NCBI GenBank assembly: GCA_003327425.1
Contig: QOQW01000028.1
Location: 8,703 to 72,702 of the forward strand
Direction of reading: 5' to 3'
DNA from: Candidatus Ozemobacter sibiricus
GTDB taxonomy: Bacteria > Muiribacteriota > Ozemobacteria > Ozemobacterales > Ozemobacteraceae
Length of the DNA stretch: 64,000 nucleotides
Each line of letters opens with the position of its first letter. Position 1 is the stretch's first letter. The position numbers and the translations under genes were made by a program. Under the pieces are notes generated by a model. It did not search any database, was not told where the DNA came from, and saw only the letters and a list, made by a program, of their open reading frames with translations. Shown one piece after another: positions 35,687 to 43,862 of the stretch.

Positions 35687-35956
35687 ATGGGCACGCTGAT
35701 CCCTCTCTTCAACCGGAAGCGGACTCCGACCAAAGCGCCGCTGACACCCGAGCAGGCATTGCGCGTCAAGCTCCTGACCAACTCGCTGGAAGCCCTGAAG
35801 CGGGAAGAGCGCGCCATCGAGGAAGCCATCACCACCAAATGCCGGGACGAGATCGAGCGATTGAACGCCATCGATTCCCAGATGCACAAACTGAAGAGCG
35901 AGCTGGAGGAACTCAGCGGCCTGCCCTGGCCGGGGCCGTCCTGCTCGAAAGGATGA
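35687..35956 (+). CDS. Small coiled-coil hypothetical protein (89 aa)
   Basis: AGGAGG RBS 9 nt before ATG. Heptad-like charged sequence (EQALRVKLLTNSLEALKREERAIEEAITTKCRDEIERLNAIDSQMHKLKSELEEL). Confidence 0.4.
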   Translation: MGTLIPLFNRKRTPTKAPLTPEQALRVKLLTNSLEALKREERAIEEAITTKCRDEIERLNAIDSQMHKLKSELEELSGLPWPGPSCSKG

Positions 35957-36368
35957 AGCTCCGATGTTGAAGCAGGCTGTCTTCCGCCATGACTACCTCG
36001 ATCGTCGTGCCGCTCGCGGCACCGCCCGCTCGGCCAGTCCGGCCGAAGCCGGGTCGGGTTCGCCCGTCCCTGGCGGTTCCTCTCCGATGCTGTTGGCGCG
36101 TCGGGCTCCCACCACCTGGTGGGAGGAAGGTTGGCGCCTTCTGCAACGGAAGACCGGTGCCGCTCGCAGCACCGGCTGGCTGAAGTAATCGTTCTCCCAG
36201 GGACTTCTCGGGGCCGGGTACCGGACCTGGGCTCGCGGTCGAACGCTGACGGTATCGGCGGCTGGCGGTATGAGCCCTTCGCCCCCCCGTTGACGGTCGA
36301 TCGATGCGGCTTCGCGGCTAACGCAAGGCCGATTCGCGTTCGCCCTGGAGAAGCCGAACGCGCCACCA

Positions 36369-36406
36369 GAAAAAAGGAACCCGGGCTTCCTGGGGGGAAG
36401 CCCGGG
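36369..36406 (-). terminator. Rho-independent terminator after the 36450..38231 gene
   Basis: Minus strand reads CCCGGGCTTCC-cccca-GGAAGCCCGGG followed by TTCCTTTTTTCTGG. 11-bp GC stem, about 45 nt after the stop. Confidence 0.65.
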
Positions 36407-36449
36407 GGAGACAGCCGTTACGGCAGGGGTCACCCCCCGCCAGGCCAGG

Positions 36450-38231
36450 TCATTCCTCGCCGGGGACGGAGCATTTTTCGATGTCCTCAGGCCACAGCAG
36501 AGCGGCGGCGGTATCGGGCGGCGTGGGGCCCTTCGGGATGTAGAGGGCCAGACCGGTTTCGGCCTTGACCTTGGCGAAGGCCTCGGCTCCCGCGGTTTCG
36601 CTCAAGACCTTGAGCGCATCGCCGGTGAAGAACCCTCGCTTCTGGCGGGCGTCGATGATCTTGTCGGCGGTCGCCTCATCGAAGCCGATCACCCGCAGCA
36701 TCTTGGCGGTGACGGTGTTCAGGTCGAGGCGGAATTCCCAGATGTTGGGGTCCATGCCGAGTTTTTTGGCGATCTTGGTCTTGAAGTCGAACATCCCAGG
36801 CTTCTTGTCGCTGATCTTCACCTTGCCGGTGAACCACAGTTGCGGTCCGACGTTCGCGAACAGGGTGTCATTCTTGAGCGCGGTCTTGTACAGCTCTTCT
36901 TTGAAGGCGATGAAGGCGTTGCGGGCTTTGAAGAACTCTTCTTTGCTGCATTGTTTCTTCACGTACGCCAGCTTGGCCTGGTAGTAGGCGGCATAGAGGT
37001 CGATGGCCTGGCGGTCCATGATGGCGTAGTTGGTATTCTCGAGAACGATGCGGTAGAGGGTCTTCTTATCACCAGGGAAGAGCCGAACGTATCCCTTCAC
37101 GAAATCCATGAACGACTGGGGCTGGAAGAGCAGCATGGTCGTGACGCATTTCTCGAAGGGAGCGGTGAGCGCCCGGCTGGTCAGGATATCGTAGAACAGA
37201 CCGGCGATGACGCCCTCGGTGGCCATCAACTGGCAGCCGTTCTTGAGGATGCCGGTCTTCTTGCCGGTGGGGCGCGCCCAGATGTAGCGTTCGCGGCGGA
37301 TGGGATCCTGGCGGCCGTACAGGAACTCGGAAATGTTGTATTTCTTGCGGTCTTTCTCTTGCAGCTTGAGGTTGGCCGGGCCATATACCGCTTCGAAGGC
37401 CTCGGCCCACCCTTCGATGTAGCCCAGGCCCTGGTCGGTGATGTAGGGAGCATCGTGGCCGTTGGTCGAGATGCGCTCGATCTCGGCGAATTTCTTGCCA
37501 TACATGTCGAACATGATGGCGTGCGCGTTCTCATGCGCGAGGACGAGATCGAGGGTGTCGTTGTCGATGGCGTCTTTCACCGAGAAGAGCTTCTTGCCCT
37601 CGGCTTCGATATCGAGGACGCAGATGGCCGAGGTTTCGAGGCCGAGGCGAGCGCCGGTCTTGGGATCCACCCGCTCGATGCCGATCGGGATCATGCAGGG
37701 GCCAGGCTCGGGGAGGAAGGAGGGCAGTGGTGAGCGGGCCAGGATGACGACGGGAGCGCCCACCTGCTGCGACAGGAAGCCGAGCAGCAGTTTCTTCTCC
37801 TCTTCGGAAAGTTGGTTGATTTGCTTCAGTTCGTTGGCGATGACCTGATACTTGATCTGGCGGGCGGTGCGGCGCAGCTTCAGCGAGTCGTTCATCTCCT
37901 TGCTGGCCAGCAGATAGGGCAGCACCACCTTGTTGTGGAAGCTCTTGGGATCATCGGGAGTGGCCTGGAAGGCTTCCATCGACAGGGCATTGGCCAAGAA
38001 GCCGATCTCGTTGATCTTGACGGTTTTGGGCAGATTCAGCATCTTGCCGAGGATGTTGGTGAAGAAGTTGCCCTTGCCGGCCGTAACCGGCACGCACATG
38101 ACAATCGGATGGTCACGAAGGGGGTCACCATCACTGGAGAGGGTGGTGATGGGGGGGCGGGCCAGAGCGGGGCCGACGAGCAGCCCGACAACCAATAGAG
38201 GAATGGCGAGACAACGGAACGACTGGTGCAT
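36450..38231 (-). CDS. Secreted 593-aa protein with an HExxH zinc-metallopeptidase-like motif and C-terminal ComEA-like helix-hairpin-helix repeats
   Basis: RBS GGAGGGA before ATG 38231 (MHQSFRCLAIPLLVVGLLVGPALA signal peptide). LVLAHENAHAIMFDMYG. C-terminus LNTVTAKMLRVIGFDEATADKIIDARQKRGFFTGDALKVL (HhH). No family assigned with confidence. Confidence 0.7.
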   Translation of the reverse strand: MHQSFRCLAIPLLVVGLLVGPALARPPITTLSSDGDPLRDHPIVMCVPVTAGKGNFFTNILGKMLNLPKTVKINEIGFLANALSMEAFQATPDDPKSFHNKVVLPYLLASKEMNDSLKLRRTARQIKYQVIANELKQINQLSEEEKKLLLGFLSQQVGAPVVILARSPLPSFLPEPGPCMIPIGIERVDPKTGARLGLETSAICVLDIEAEGKKLFSVKDAIDNDTLDLVLAHENAHAIMFDMYGKKFAEIERISTNGHDAPYITDQGLGYIEGWAEAFEAVYGPANLKLQEKDRKKYNISEFLYGRQDPIRRERYIWARPTGKKTGILKNGCQLMATEGVIAGLFYDILTSRALTAPFEKCVTTMLLFQPQSFMDFVKGYVRLFPGDKKTLYRIVLENTNYAIMDRQAIDLYAAYYQAKLAYVKKQCSKEEFFKARNAFIAFKEELYKTALKNDTLFANVGPQLWFTGKVKISDKKPGMFDFKTKIAKKLGMDPNIWEFRLDLNTVTAKMLRVIGFDEATADKIIDARQKRGFFTGDALKVLSETAGAEAFAKVKAETGLALYIPKGPTPPDTAAALLWPEDIEKCSVPGEE

Positions 38232-38406
38232 GGTTCCCTCCCTTGGAGACTGATGAGGATAATTTCCATTATACTCTCTCTTGGAGGCCGGGTGGGAAGC
38301 TCCTGAGAAAAAAAACTTGGCCTCGGTCGCCACCTTGGACACGCCACGAACGCACCGCCCCCTCCCTGGGAGAGTGAGAGAGGGGGCGGTGCGGCAAGAC
38401 GGGTGG

Positions 38407-39549
38407 TCAGACCACCGATTTTTCGCGATGGAAGGTGCGGGCCCCGCGGAAACGGCGCACGTGCAGATCGTCGATGGGCATCGAGGTCTTCCCGGTGGTG
38501 ACCAGTTCGGCCAGCAGCTGGCTGACGGCCGGGGCCAGCATCAGGCCATGGCCGGAGAACCCGTTGGCCTGGTAGAAGTTCTCGACCTCATCGACCGGGC
38601 CCAGAATCGGCTGGGCATCGGCGGTCATCTCGTAGAGGCCAGCCCACTGCCGCACGATGCGCAACCCGGACAGCTTCGGGAAGAGGGTGGTGAACCGGCG
38701 GCTCATCTCGTACATGAAGTGCATCGAGCTGCCGACGTAGGTGCCGACCGGCTCGTTGGGGTCGCCCATGCCCATGACGACGCCGCCGTTCTTCTCCTGG
38801 CGCGAGTAGAGGCCGACGCCGAAGCTGATGACCATGGGGTTCCACAGGCGTTCGACCGGCTCGGTGACCAGGATCTCGTGGCGGTACGGATCGACAGGGA
38901 TCTCGACGTTGAGCATCTCGCCGATGCTGCGCGCGAAACTGCCAGCGCAGTTGAACAGCTTCTGGCATTCGTAGGGCCCCTTGTCGGTCATGACGAAGAA
39001 GGTGTTGCTCTTCTTCATCAGGCCGGTGACGGTGGTCCAGAGGTGGATCTCGACGCCGAGCCGGCGCGCCGCGTTGGCATAGGCCTGCGTCAGCAGGAAG
39101 GGGCTGATATGGCCATCGGTCGGACACCAGGTGGCCATCTTGATCTTCGTCTGGTCGAGGAAGGGGACGATCTCGCGGGCCTCATCGGGAGTGACCGTCT
39201 TGACTCCGAGGCCGAGGCGTTGCTGCATGGCGACGTTCTTGTTGAACTGCTCGACATCCTCGTCGGAATGGGCCAGGATCAGGTAGCCGCCCTGGAAGAA
39301 CTCGGTCTGGTAGCCGAGTTCTTCTTCGATGCCCTCGAGGCGTTTGACCGAGGCCATGGCCAGGCGGGTGTTGGCTTCGGTGCTCCACTGCTGGCGGAAC
39401 CCACCGCCGCAACGGCCGGTCGACCCGGAGGCCAGATAGTGGCGCTCGATGACGCAGACGTCTTTCAGGCCGGCTTTGGCCAGTTCGTAGGCGGTGGAGA
39501 CGCCGAGGATGCCGCCGCCGATGATGATGGCGTCGAAGCGGGTCTTCAT
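38407..39549 (-). CDS. FAD-dependent oxidoreductase, DAO family (sarcosine-oxidase-beta / HcnC / proline-dehydrogenase-beta-like catalytic subunit)
   Basis: N-terminal dinucleotide-binding motif DAIIIGGGILGVSTAYELAK. DAO-family features (GSTGRCGGGFR, C-terminal GHGLMLAPAV). Confidence 0.85.
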   Translation of the reverse strand: MKTRFDAIIIGGGILGVSTAYELAKAGLKDVCVIERHYLASGSTGRCGGGFRQQWSTEANTRLAMASVKRLEGIEEELGYQTEFFQGGYLILAHSDEDVEQFNKNVAMQQRLGLGVKTVTPDEAREIVPFLDQTKIKMATWCPTDGHISPFLLTQAYANAARRLGVEIHLWTTVTGLMKKSNTFFVMTDKGPYECQKLFNCAGSFARSIGEMLNVEIPVDPYRHEILVTEPVERLWNPMVISFGVGLYSRQEKNGGVVMGMGDPNEPVGTYVGSSMHFMYEMSRRFTTLFPKLSGLRIVRQWAGLYEMTADAQPILGPVDEVENFYQANGFSGHGLMLAPAVSQLLAELVTTGKTSMPIDDLHVRRFRGARTFHREKSVV

Positions 39550-39893
39550 GGATGTTTGCCCTCCTTCGCCGGTTTGGCGGCTTTGTCGGGGCGGGCCGAC
39601 TTCTCGGCTTTCTTGCGGTCTTCGGCGGCCTGGCGTTCATACTCGGCCATGACCAGGGCGAACGGCACCGGCCGGTTGGGCGGCCGGAAGGTGGGGGGGT
39701 AGATCTCGGCCATGGGCTTCTTCAGCTCGCGGCTGATGATCTGCGAGACGAGACGACGACAGGTGCGGCCCTGGCAGGGACCCATCCCGGCGCGGACCAG
39801 ACGCTTGATCTCGTCGATGGTGGTGGCGCCCTGCCGGATGGCGGCGACCACTTCCTCTTCGGTGACGTCCTGACAGCGGCAGACGATCTTCAC
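39546..39893 (-). CDS. BFD-like [2Fe-2S]-binding domain protein with a Lys/Ala-rich C-terminal tail
   Basis: GTG start with AAGGAGG RBS. The GTG overlaps the TGA of the upstream ferredoxin gene (GTGA). VKIVCRCQDVTEEEVVAAIRQGATTIDEIKRLVRAGMGPCQGRTC is the BFD-like Cys4 pattern. Tail ...KKAEKSARPDKAAKPAKEGKHP. Confidence 0.6.
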   Translation of the reverse strand: MKIVCRCQDVTEEEVVAAIRQGATTIDEIKRLVRAGMGPCQGRTCRRLVSQIISRELKKPMAEIYPPTFRPPNRPVPFALVMAEYERQAAEDRKKAEKSARPDKAAKPAKEGKHP

Positions 39894-40393
39894 GGCCGGC
39901 CTCCTTTCGCCGCGACCCGGATGGCCCGGGCGTTCATGGCTTGGTCTTTCGGCACCTCGATGGTGATGGCGAGGGTGCGATCGTATTTCCTGTTCTTCAT
40001 GACCTTGAGGACCTTGGCTTCGCAGATGGGCTTGCCGGCGCGGTCGAGCGCGGTGACGACCTCGCCTTCCTTCGGCACGGGAAGCATCTCGTAGGGCAGG
40101 GTGACCGTGGCGGCGCGGGGCGCGTGGGCGAGGTTGACGATGAAGATGGCCAGGCCCGGGCAGCTGGCGACGCACAGGCTGCAGCCGTTGCAGACGGCGG
40201 GATCGAGCACGGGCTTGTCGGTGATGCCTTCCCGCATCGAGATGGCCTTGCGCGGACAGGCCGAGACGCAGGGGTCGCACGGGATGTCCTGGATGCACTC
40301 GATGATGGCCACCGGGCCTTTCTTCAGGCGTTCTTCGGACGGCAGGATGGGGGCGAGTTCCTGGGGCGAGATGATTCCGTCGTGGATCAGCAT
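39890..40393 (-). CDS. 4Fe-4S dicluster ferredoxin-domain subunit
   Basis: Two cluster motifs, CDPCVSACP and CNGCSLCVASCP. Tightly coupled to the flanking genes. Confidence 0.75.
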   Translation of the reverse strand: MLIHDGIISPQELAPILPSEERLKKGPVAIIECIQDIPCDPCVSACPRKAISMREGITDKPVLDPAVCNGCSLCVASCPGLAIFIVNLAHAPRAATVTLPYEMLPVPKEGEVVTALDRAGKPICEAKVLKVMKNRKYDRTLAITIEVPKDQAMNARAIRVAAKGGRP

Positions 40394-41484
40394 GCGGCGA
40401 TCTCCTGGGAGAGGCGTTCGCGCCCCCACCGGATGCGGTCTCCGGTCGAGCCGGCGCGCAGCGATTTCAGCTCGAGGTTGGCGTCGTCGACGATCTTCTG
40501 GGCCGTGGCCGAGGGGCCATGGATGCTCTCGTAGGCGCGGGCCCCGGCGATGCGGCCGCCGAGGATGGCCGTGGTCGCCTCTTCGATGCCGGAGGCGTCG
40601 CCGGCCACGTAGACGCGGGGGTTGGTGGTGCGCATGTTGCCGTCATGGAGGGGCACCAGCCCGCCCAGCTCGGGGATGTAGACCATCTTGCACTTGGCTT
40701 GCTGGAAGAGATCGATGAGCGGCGACAGGCCGACGGCGAGGCAGATGCAGTCGCAGGCCACCTCGAACTCGGTGTTGGGAATGCGCTGGAACTTGTCGTC
40801 GAGCCGGCAGAGGAGGGCGCCGGTGACGCCGTCGGTGCCGAGGGCCTTCACGATGGTGTGCCCGGTCATGATCGGCACGCCCAGCCGGCGGATCTTGCTG
40901 GCATGGACGAGGTAGCCGCCGATGGTCGGCATGGCCTCGACCACCCCGATGACCTGCACGCCGGCTTGCAGCAACTGGTAGCTGACGATCAGGCCGATGT
41001 TGCCAGAACCCACCATCAGGATCTTGTGGCCGGGCCGGATGCCATGGACGTTCATCAGGGTCTGGACCGCGCCGGCGCCATAGATGCCCGGCAGGTCGTT
41101 GTTCTCGAAGTTGAGGCTGTTCTCGACGGCGCCGGTGCCGACCACCACCCGTTCGTAGGTGACCTTCTCGTAGCGGTCGGGGGACAGGATGCCGGCCTCG
41201 CCGTCGCCGTAGAAGCCCACGGCCGAGGTGTTGAGCAGGACCTGCAGGTTCTTCTTGCGGGCTTGCACCTCCTGGCACAGTTTCTCGGCGATCGCGATGC
41301 CGCGGATGCCGGCGTCGCGGGCGCTGCTGCCGAAGAAGCGGTGGGTCTGTTTGATCAGCTGGCCGCCCAGGGTGGCATTGTCGTCGACGAGCAGGACCTT
41401 GGCGCCCAGTTCGGCGGCGACGATGGCGGCCGACAGGCCGGCGGGGCCGCCGCCGACCACGAAGATCTCGGTCTGGCGGCTCAT
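40387..41484 (-). CDS. FAD/NAD(P)-binding pyridine-nucleotide-disulfide-type oxidoreductase subunit (HcnB / sarcosine-oxidase-alpha-like / PDH1-alpha-like)
   Basis: Start at internal ATG 41484 (MSRQTEIFVVGGGPAGLSAAIVAAELGAKVLLVDDN Rossmann motif). Second dinucleotide fold (KILMVGSGNIGL). The long upstream extension in the ORF track is Arg-rich junk overlapping the previous gene. Confidence 0.8.
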   Translation of the reverse strand: MSRQTEIFVVGGGPAGLSAAIVAAELGAKVLLVDDNATLGGQLIKQTHRFFGSSARDAGIRGIAIAEKLCQEVQARKKNLQVLLNTSAVGFYGDGEAGILSPDRYEKVTYERVVVGTGAVENSLNFENNDLPGIYGAGAVQTLMNVHGIRPGHKILMVGSGNIGLIVSYQLLQAGVQVIGVVEAMPTIGGYLVHASKIRRLGVPIMTGHTIVKALGTDGVTGALLCRLDDKFQRIPNTEFEVACDCICLAVGLSPLIDLFQQAKCKMVYIPELGGLVPLHDGNMRTTNPRVYVAGDASGIEEATTAILGGRIAGARAYESIHGPSATAQKIVDDANLELKSLRAGSTGDRIRWGRERLSQEIAAC

Positions 41485-41795
41485 GGTTTGATCACCCCGT
41501 GGCCTTTCTGCGTCTTCACGTCCATGCCGGCGGCGAGAGGCGTGATGCAGGTCATGGTGTTGACGACGCCGTTCACTTCCATCATGCAGCTGGAACAGCG
41601 GCCGATGGCGCAGAAGAAGCCGCGGGCCCGGTTCTTGTGCGGGCTGTGCCGCAACAGCCGGATGCCGGCGGCGTGCAGGGCGGCGGCGATGGGTTCGCCT
41701 TCGAACCCTTCCAGCTTCTTCCCGTCGAATGTGAAGGTGACCTTCTTCCCTTTCTTGAAGGTCAGGATCGGATGTTCCTCGATGCGCAGGCTCAT
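41481..41795 (-). CDS. Small (2Fe-2S)-binding subunit (HcnA / sarcosine-oxidase-alpha N-terminal-like)
   Basis: AAGGAGG RBS before ATG 41795 (MSLRIEEHPILTFKKGKKVTFTFDGKKLEGFEGEPIAAALHAAGIRLL...). Cys cluster CAIGRCSSCMMEVNGVVNTMTC. Stop overlaps the next start (ATGA). Confidence 0.75.
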   Translation of the reverse strand: MSLRIEEHPILTFKKGKKVTFTFDGKKLEGFEGEPIAAALHAAGIRLLRHSPHKNRARGFFCAIGRCSSCMMEVNGVVNTMTCITPLAAGMDVKTQKGHGVIKP

Positions 41796-42025
41796 CCCTT
41801 TCCTCCTTGGGTTCCTGTGAGATCGTCGGGGGGCGACGCGGAGAGATTCTACCACAACCGCCAGGGCCGGTGGCGGTCATGGGTGTCGAAGCGCCGGGCC
41901 AGGGAAACCGGCGAGAGGGAGTCGGATCTCCGCTGTGGCGGCGGCGGCTGGTTCCGACCAGAAAGCGCAAACCCCCTGGCGGGCAGGCCAGGGGGTGGCA
42001 GGGGCGAAGAGCGATCGAACCGCTC

Positions 42026-43687
42026 TTACTGCGGGGCCGGTTCGACTCCGTCCGGATCGGCCGCGGTGGAATCGGTGGGGATGCCTTCCGGGGGGGCGCC
42101 AGGGGCCGGCGTGGGCGGCAGCTCGGCGCCCGGATCGGTCGCGGCCGGAGTGGGCGGCGCGGCCGGGGCGGTGGCGGGCGCCTTGGGGCGTTTCATGCGC
42201 ATGGGGGCGTCGCTCGCCCCGTTGCTGGTGGCGAGGGCGCGGAAGATCTCGGCGCCGGGAGCGGGCTTGCGTTCCTGGATGCGGGTGTTGACGTTGAGCA
42301 GGCCCTTCTTGAGGGCGAAGCCGCGGTCATACTCGAAGCCGGCCAGCAACCCGTCGTAAAAGAAGCCGCGCAGGGGGCACCCCTGGACGAGGGCGGCGCG
42401 CGCCTGGCGCACATGGTCGATCAGGAAGGCGGCTCGTTTCTGGCCGGTGGCGTCGGCAAGGCCGACCATGGCGAAGATGGGCACGGGGTACTTGCGCAGC
42501 GACAGGAGCACGTTGGTCAGGCCTTCGGGGAAGATGATCTGGCCTTCATCGTCGAGCTGGGCTCCGGGCGGGATGATCTTTTCCACGCTGAGGGCCTGCA
42601 GGACGTTGAACTTGACCTCGGCCAGCCCCTGATAGGCGACGATGATGAAATCGGCCCGACGGTTGGCATAGGAGGGCGGGGCCTGGGTGGCCGGCGGCAG
42701 CGGCGGGGTTTCGGGAACGCCCTTGGGCGAGGCCGGCGGCGCGCCGTTGATGGTGCCGCTCTGACCGGGGGCGGGCAGGCTCTTCCCCTTCTGGGCCTGG
42801 CCGGAGGCGGGAGGCGGCGCATTCTCGAGCAGGTCGCCCTGCATGATCGGATCGAGGAAGGACCAGGCACCCACCAGGTCGGTGGTGCGGGCGACGGTGA
42901 CATCCATGGGGTGGTTCGGGCGATGCGGGCGGACCCACTTCATGCTGACCAGCACGCCGACCTGGGCTGGCGGCACCCCGGTGGGCGAGGTCTGGTCGGT
43001 GGTCTTGAGGGCCTGCCAGGCGGCCCGATGCATGCCGATCAGGTTGACGGTGGCCAGGCCGAGGTATTTCACATCGGACAGGCCCGGCGGGAATTTCCCG
43101 TCTTTGAAGGCCTTGACCAGGAAGCCATTGGGGTCGCGCAAGGTCACCCAGTGGTCGACGAGGTCGCCGAAGGCCTGGGCGCACTGGGTGGCGTAGTCCT
43201 GGAAGTCGGTGATGATGCCTGGCATCAGCAAGCCGCCATAGGCGGCCACCCATTGCGGCAGGGTGCGATCCCACAGGATGACGATGGGCACGATGCCGTG
43301 CTGCCGCATGGTCGCGAAGCGGGTGCGGTAGTTCTGGACGGCGGCGGGGTCGAGGCCGCCCTTGGCCGGCTGCAGGCGGCTCCATTCCAGGGAGAGGAGA
43401 GCGGCATTCTGGCCCAGCTTCTTCATCCAGGCGATGTCTTCGGGGAACAGTTCCCAGTGGTTGACGGCCGCGCCGCTGACCGAGCCGTCGGCGATCTTGC
43501 CGGGCTGGCTTTCCCAGAGGGTCCAGTCGTTGAGGTGGTTGCCCTCGACGGCGTGGGCGGACAGGAACGTGCCCCAACGGAAACCTTCGGGGAAGGCTTC
43601 GCCGCTGCCGGTGGGCCCCCCGGCCCAGACGGGCAGGCTGCCCAGGAAACAAACCAGGAAGACCAGGATGCTGCTGCGGGTGAACAT
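42026..43687 (-). CDS. Secreted glycoside-hydrolase family-1-like protein with Pro-rich insertions
   Basis: Signal peptide. GH1 N-terminal signature FPEGFRWGTFLSAHAVEGN. TIM-barrel-like length. Low-complexity P/A-rich insert and C-terminal tail. Confidence 0.6.
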   Translation of the reverse strand: MFTRSSILVFLVCFLGSLPVWAGGPTGSGEAFPEGFRWGTFLSAHAVEGNHLNDWTLWESQPGKIADGSVSGAAVNHWELFPEDIAWMKKLGQNAALLSLEWSRLQPAKGGLDPAAVQNYRTRFATMRQHGIVPIVILWDRTLPQWVAAYGGLLMPGIITDFQDYATQCAQAFGDLVDHWVTLRDPNGFLVKAFKDGKFPPGLSDVKYLGLATVNLIGMHRAAWQALKTTDQTSPTGVPPAQVGVLVSMKWVRPHRPNHPMDVTVARTTDLVGAWSFLDPIMQGDLLENAPPPASGQAQKGKSLPAPGQSGTINGAPPASPKGVPETPPLPPATQAPPSYANRRADFIIVAYQGLAEVKFNVLQALSVEKIIPPGAQLDDEGQIIFPEGLTNVLLSLRKYPVPIFAMVGLADATGQKRAAFLIDHVRQARAALVQGCPLRGFFYDGLLAGFEYDRGFALKKGLLNVNTRIQERKPAPGAEIFRALATSNGASDAPMRMKRPKAPATAPAAPPTPAATDPGAELPPTPAPGAPPEGIPTDSTAADPDGVEPAPQ

Positions 43688-43862
43688 GCGCCGACCCTCC
43701 TTATGTACCGATACCTCATCATTATATCAGATCTTCCCTGGGGGGCGGGGTCAAGAGAGACGACCGGGACCACTCTCCCCTCTGTTGCCAATTTCAGTTC
43801 CCTGAAGGGGAAGGTTGGGCAAGGGATTTCCCCGCTGGCAATCCGTTCCCAGGATGTGTAAG

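Noticed and set aside
35964-36188. 74-aa ORF (MLKQAVFRHDYLDRRAARG...)
   Set aside because: No RBS, Arg/Ala/Ser/Gly-rich low complexity, and it lies in the 3' region before a convergent terminator. Probably non-coding.
39894-40298. Upstream 135 codons of the 250-aa ORF 39546..40298
   Set aside because: This is an alternate frame of the 4Fe-4S ferredoxin gene. The BFD-like protein more plausibly starts at GTG 39893 with an AAGGAGG RBS, directly overlapping the ferredoxin stop.
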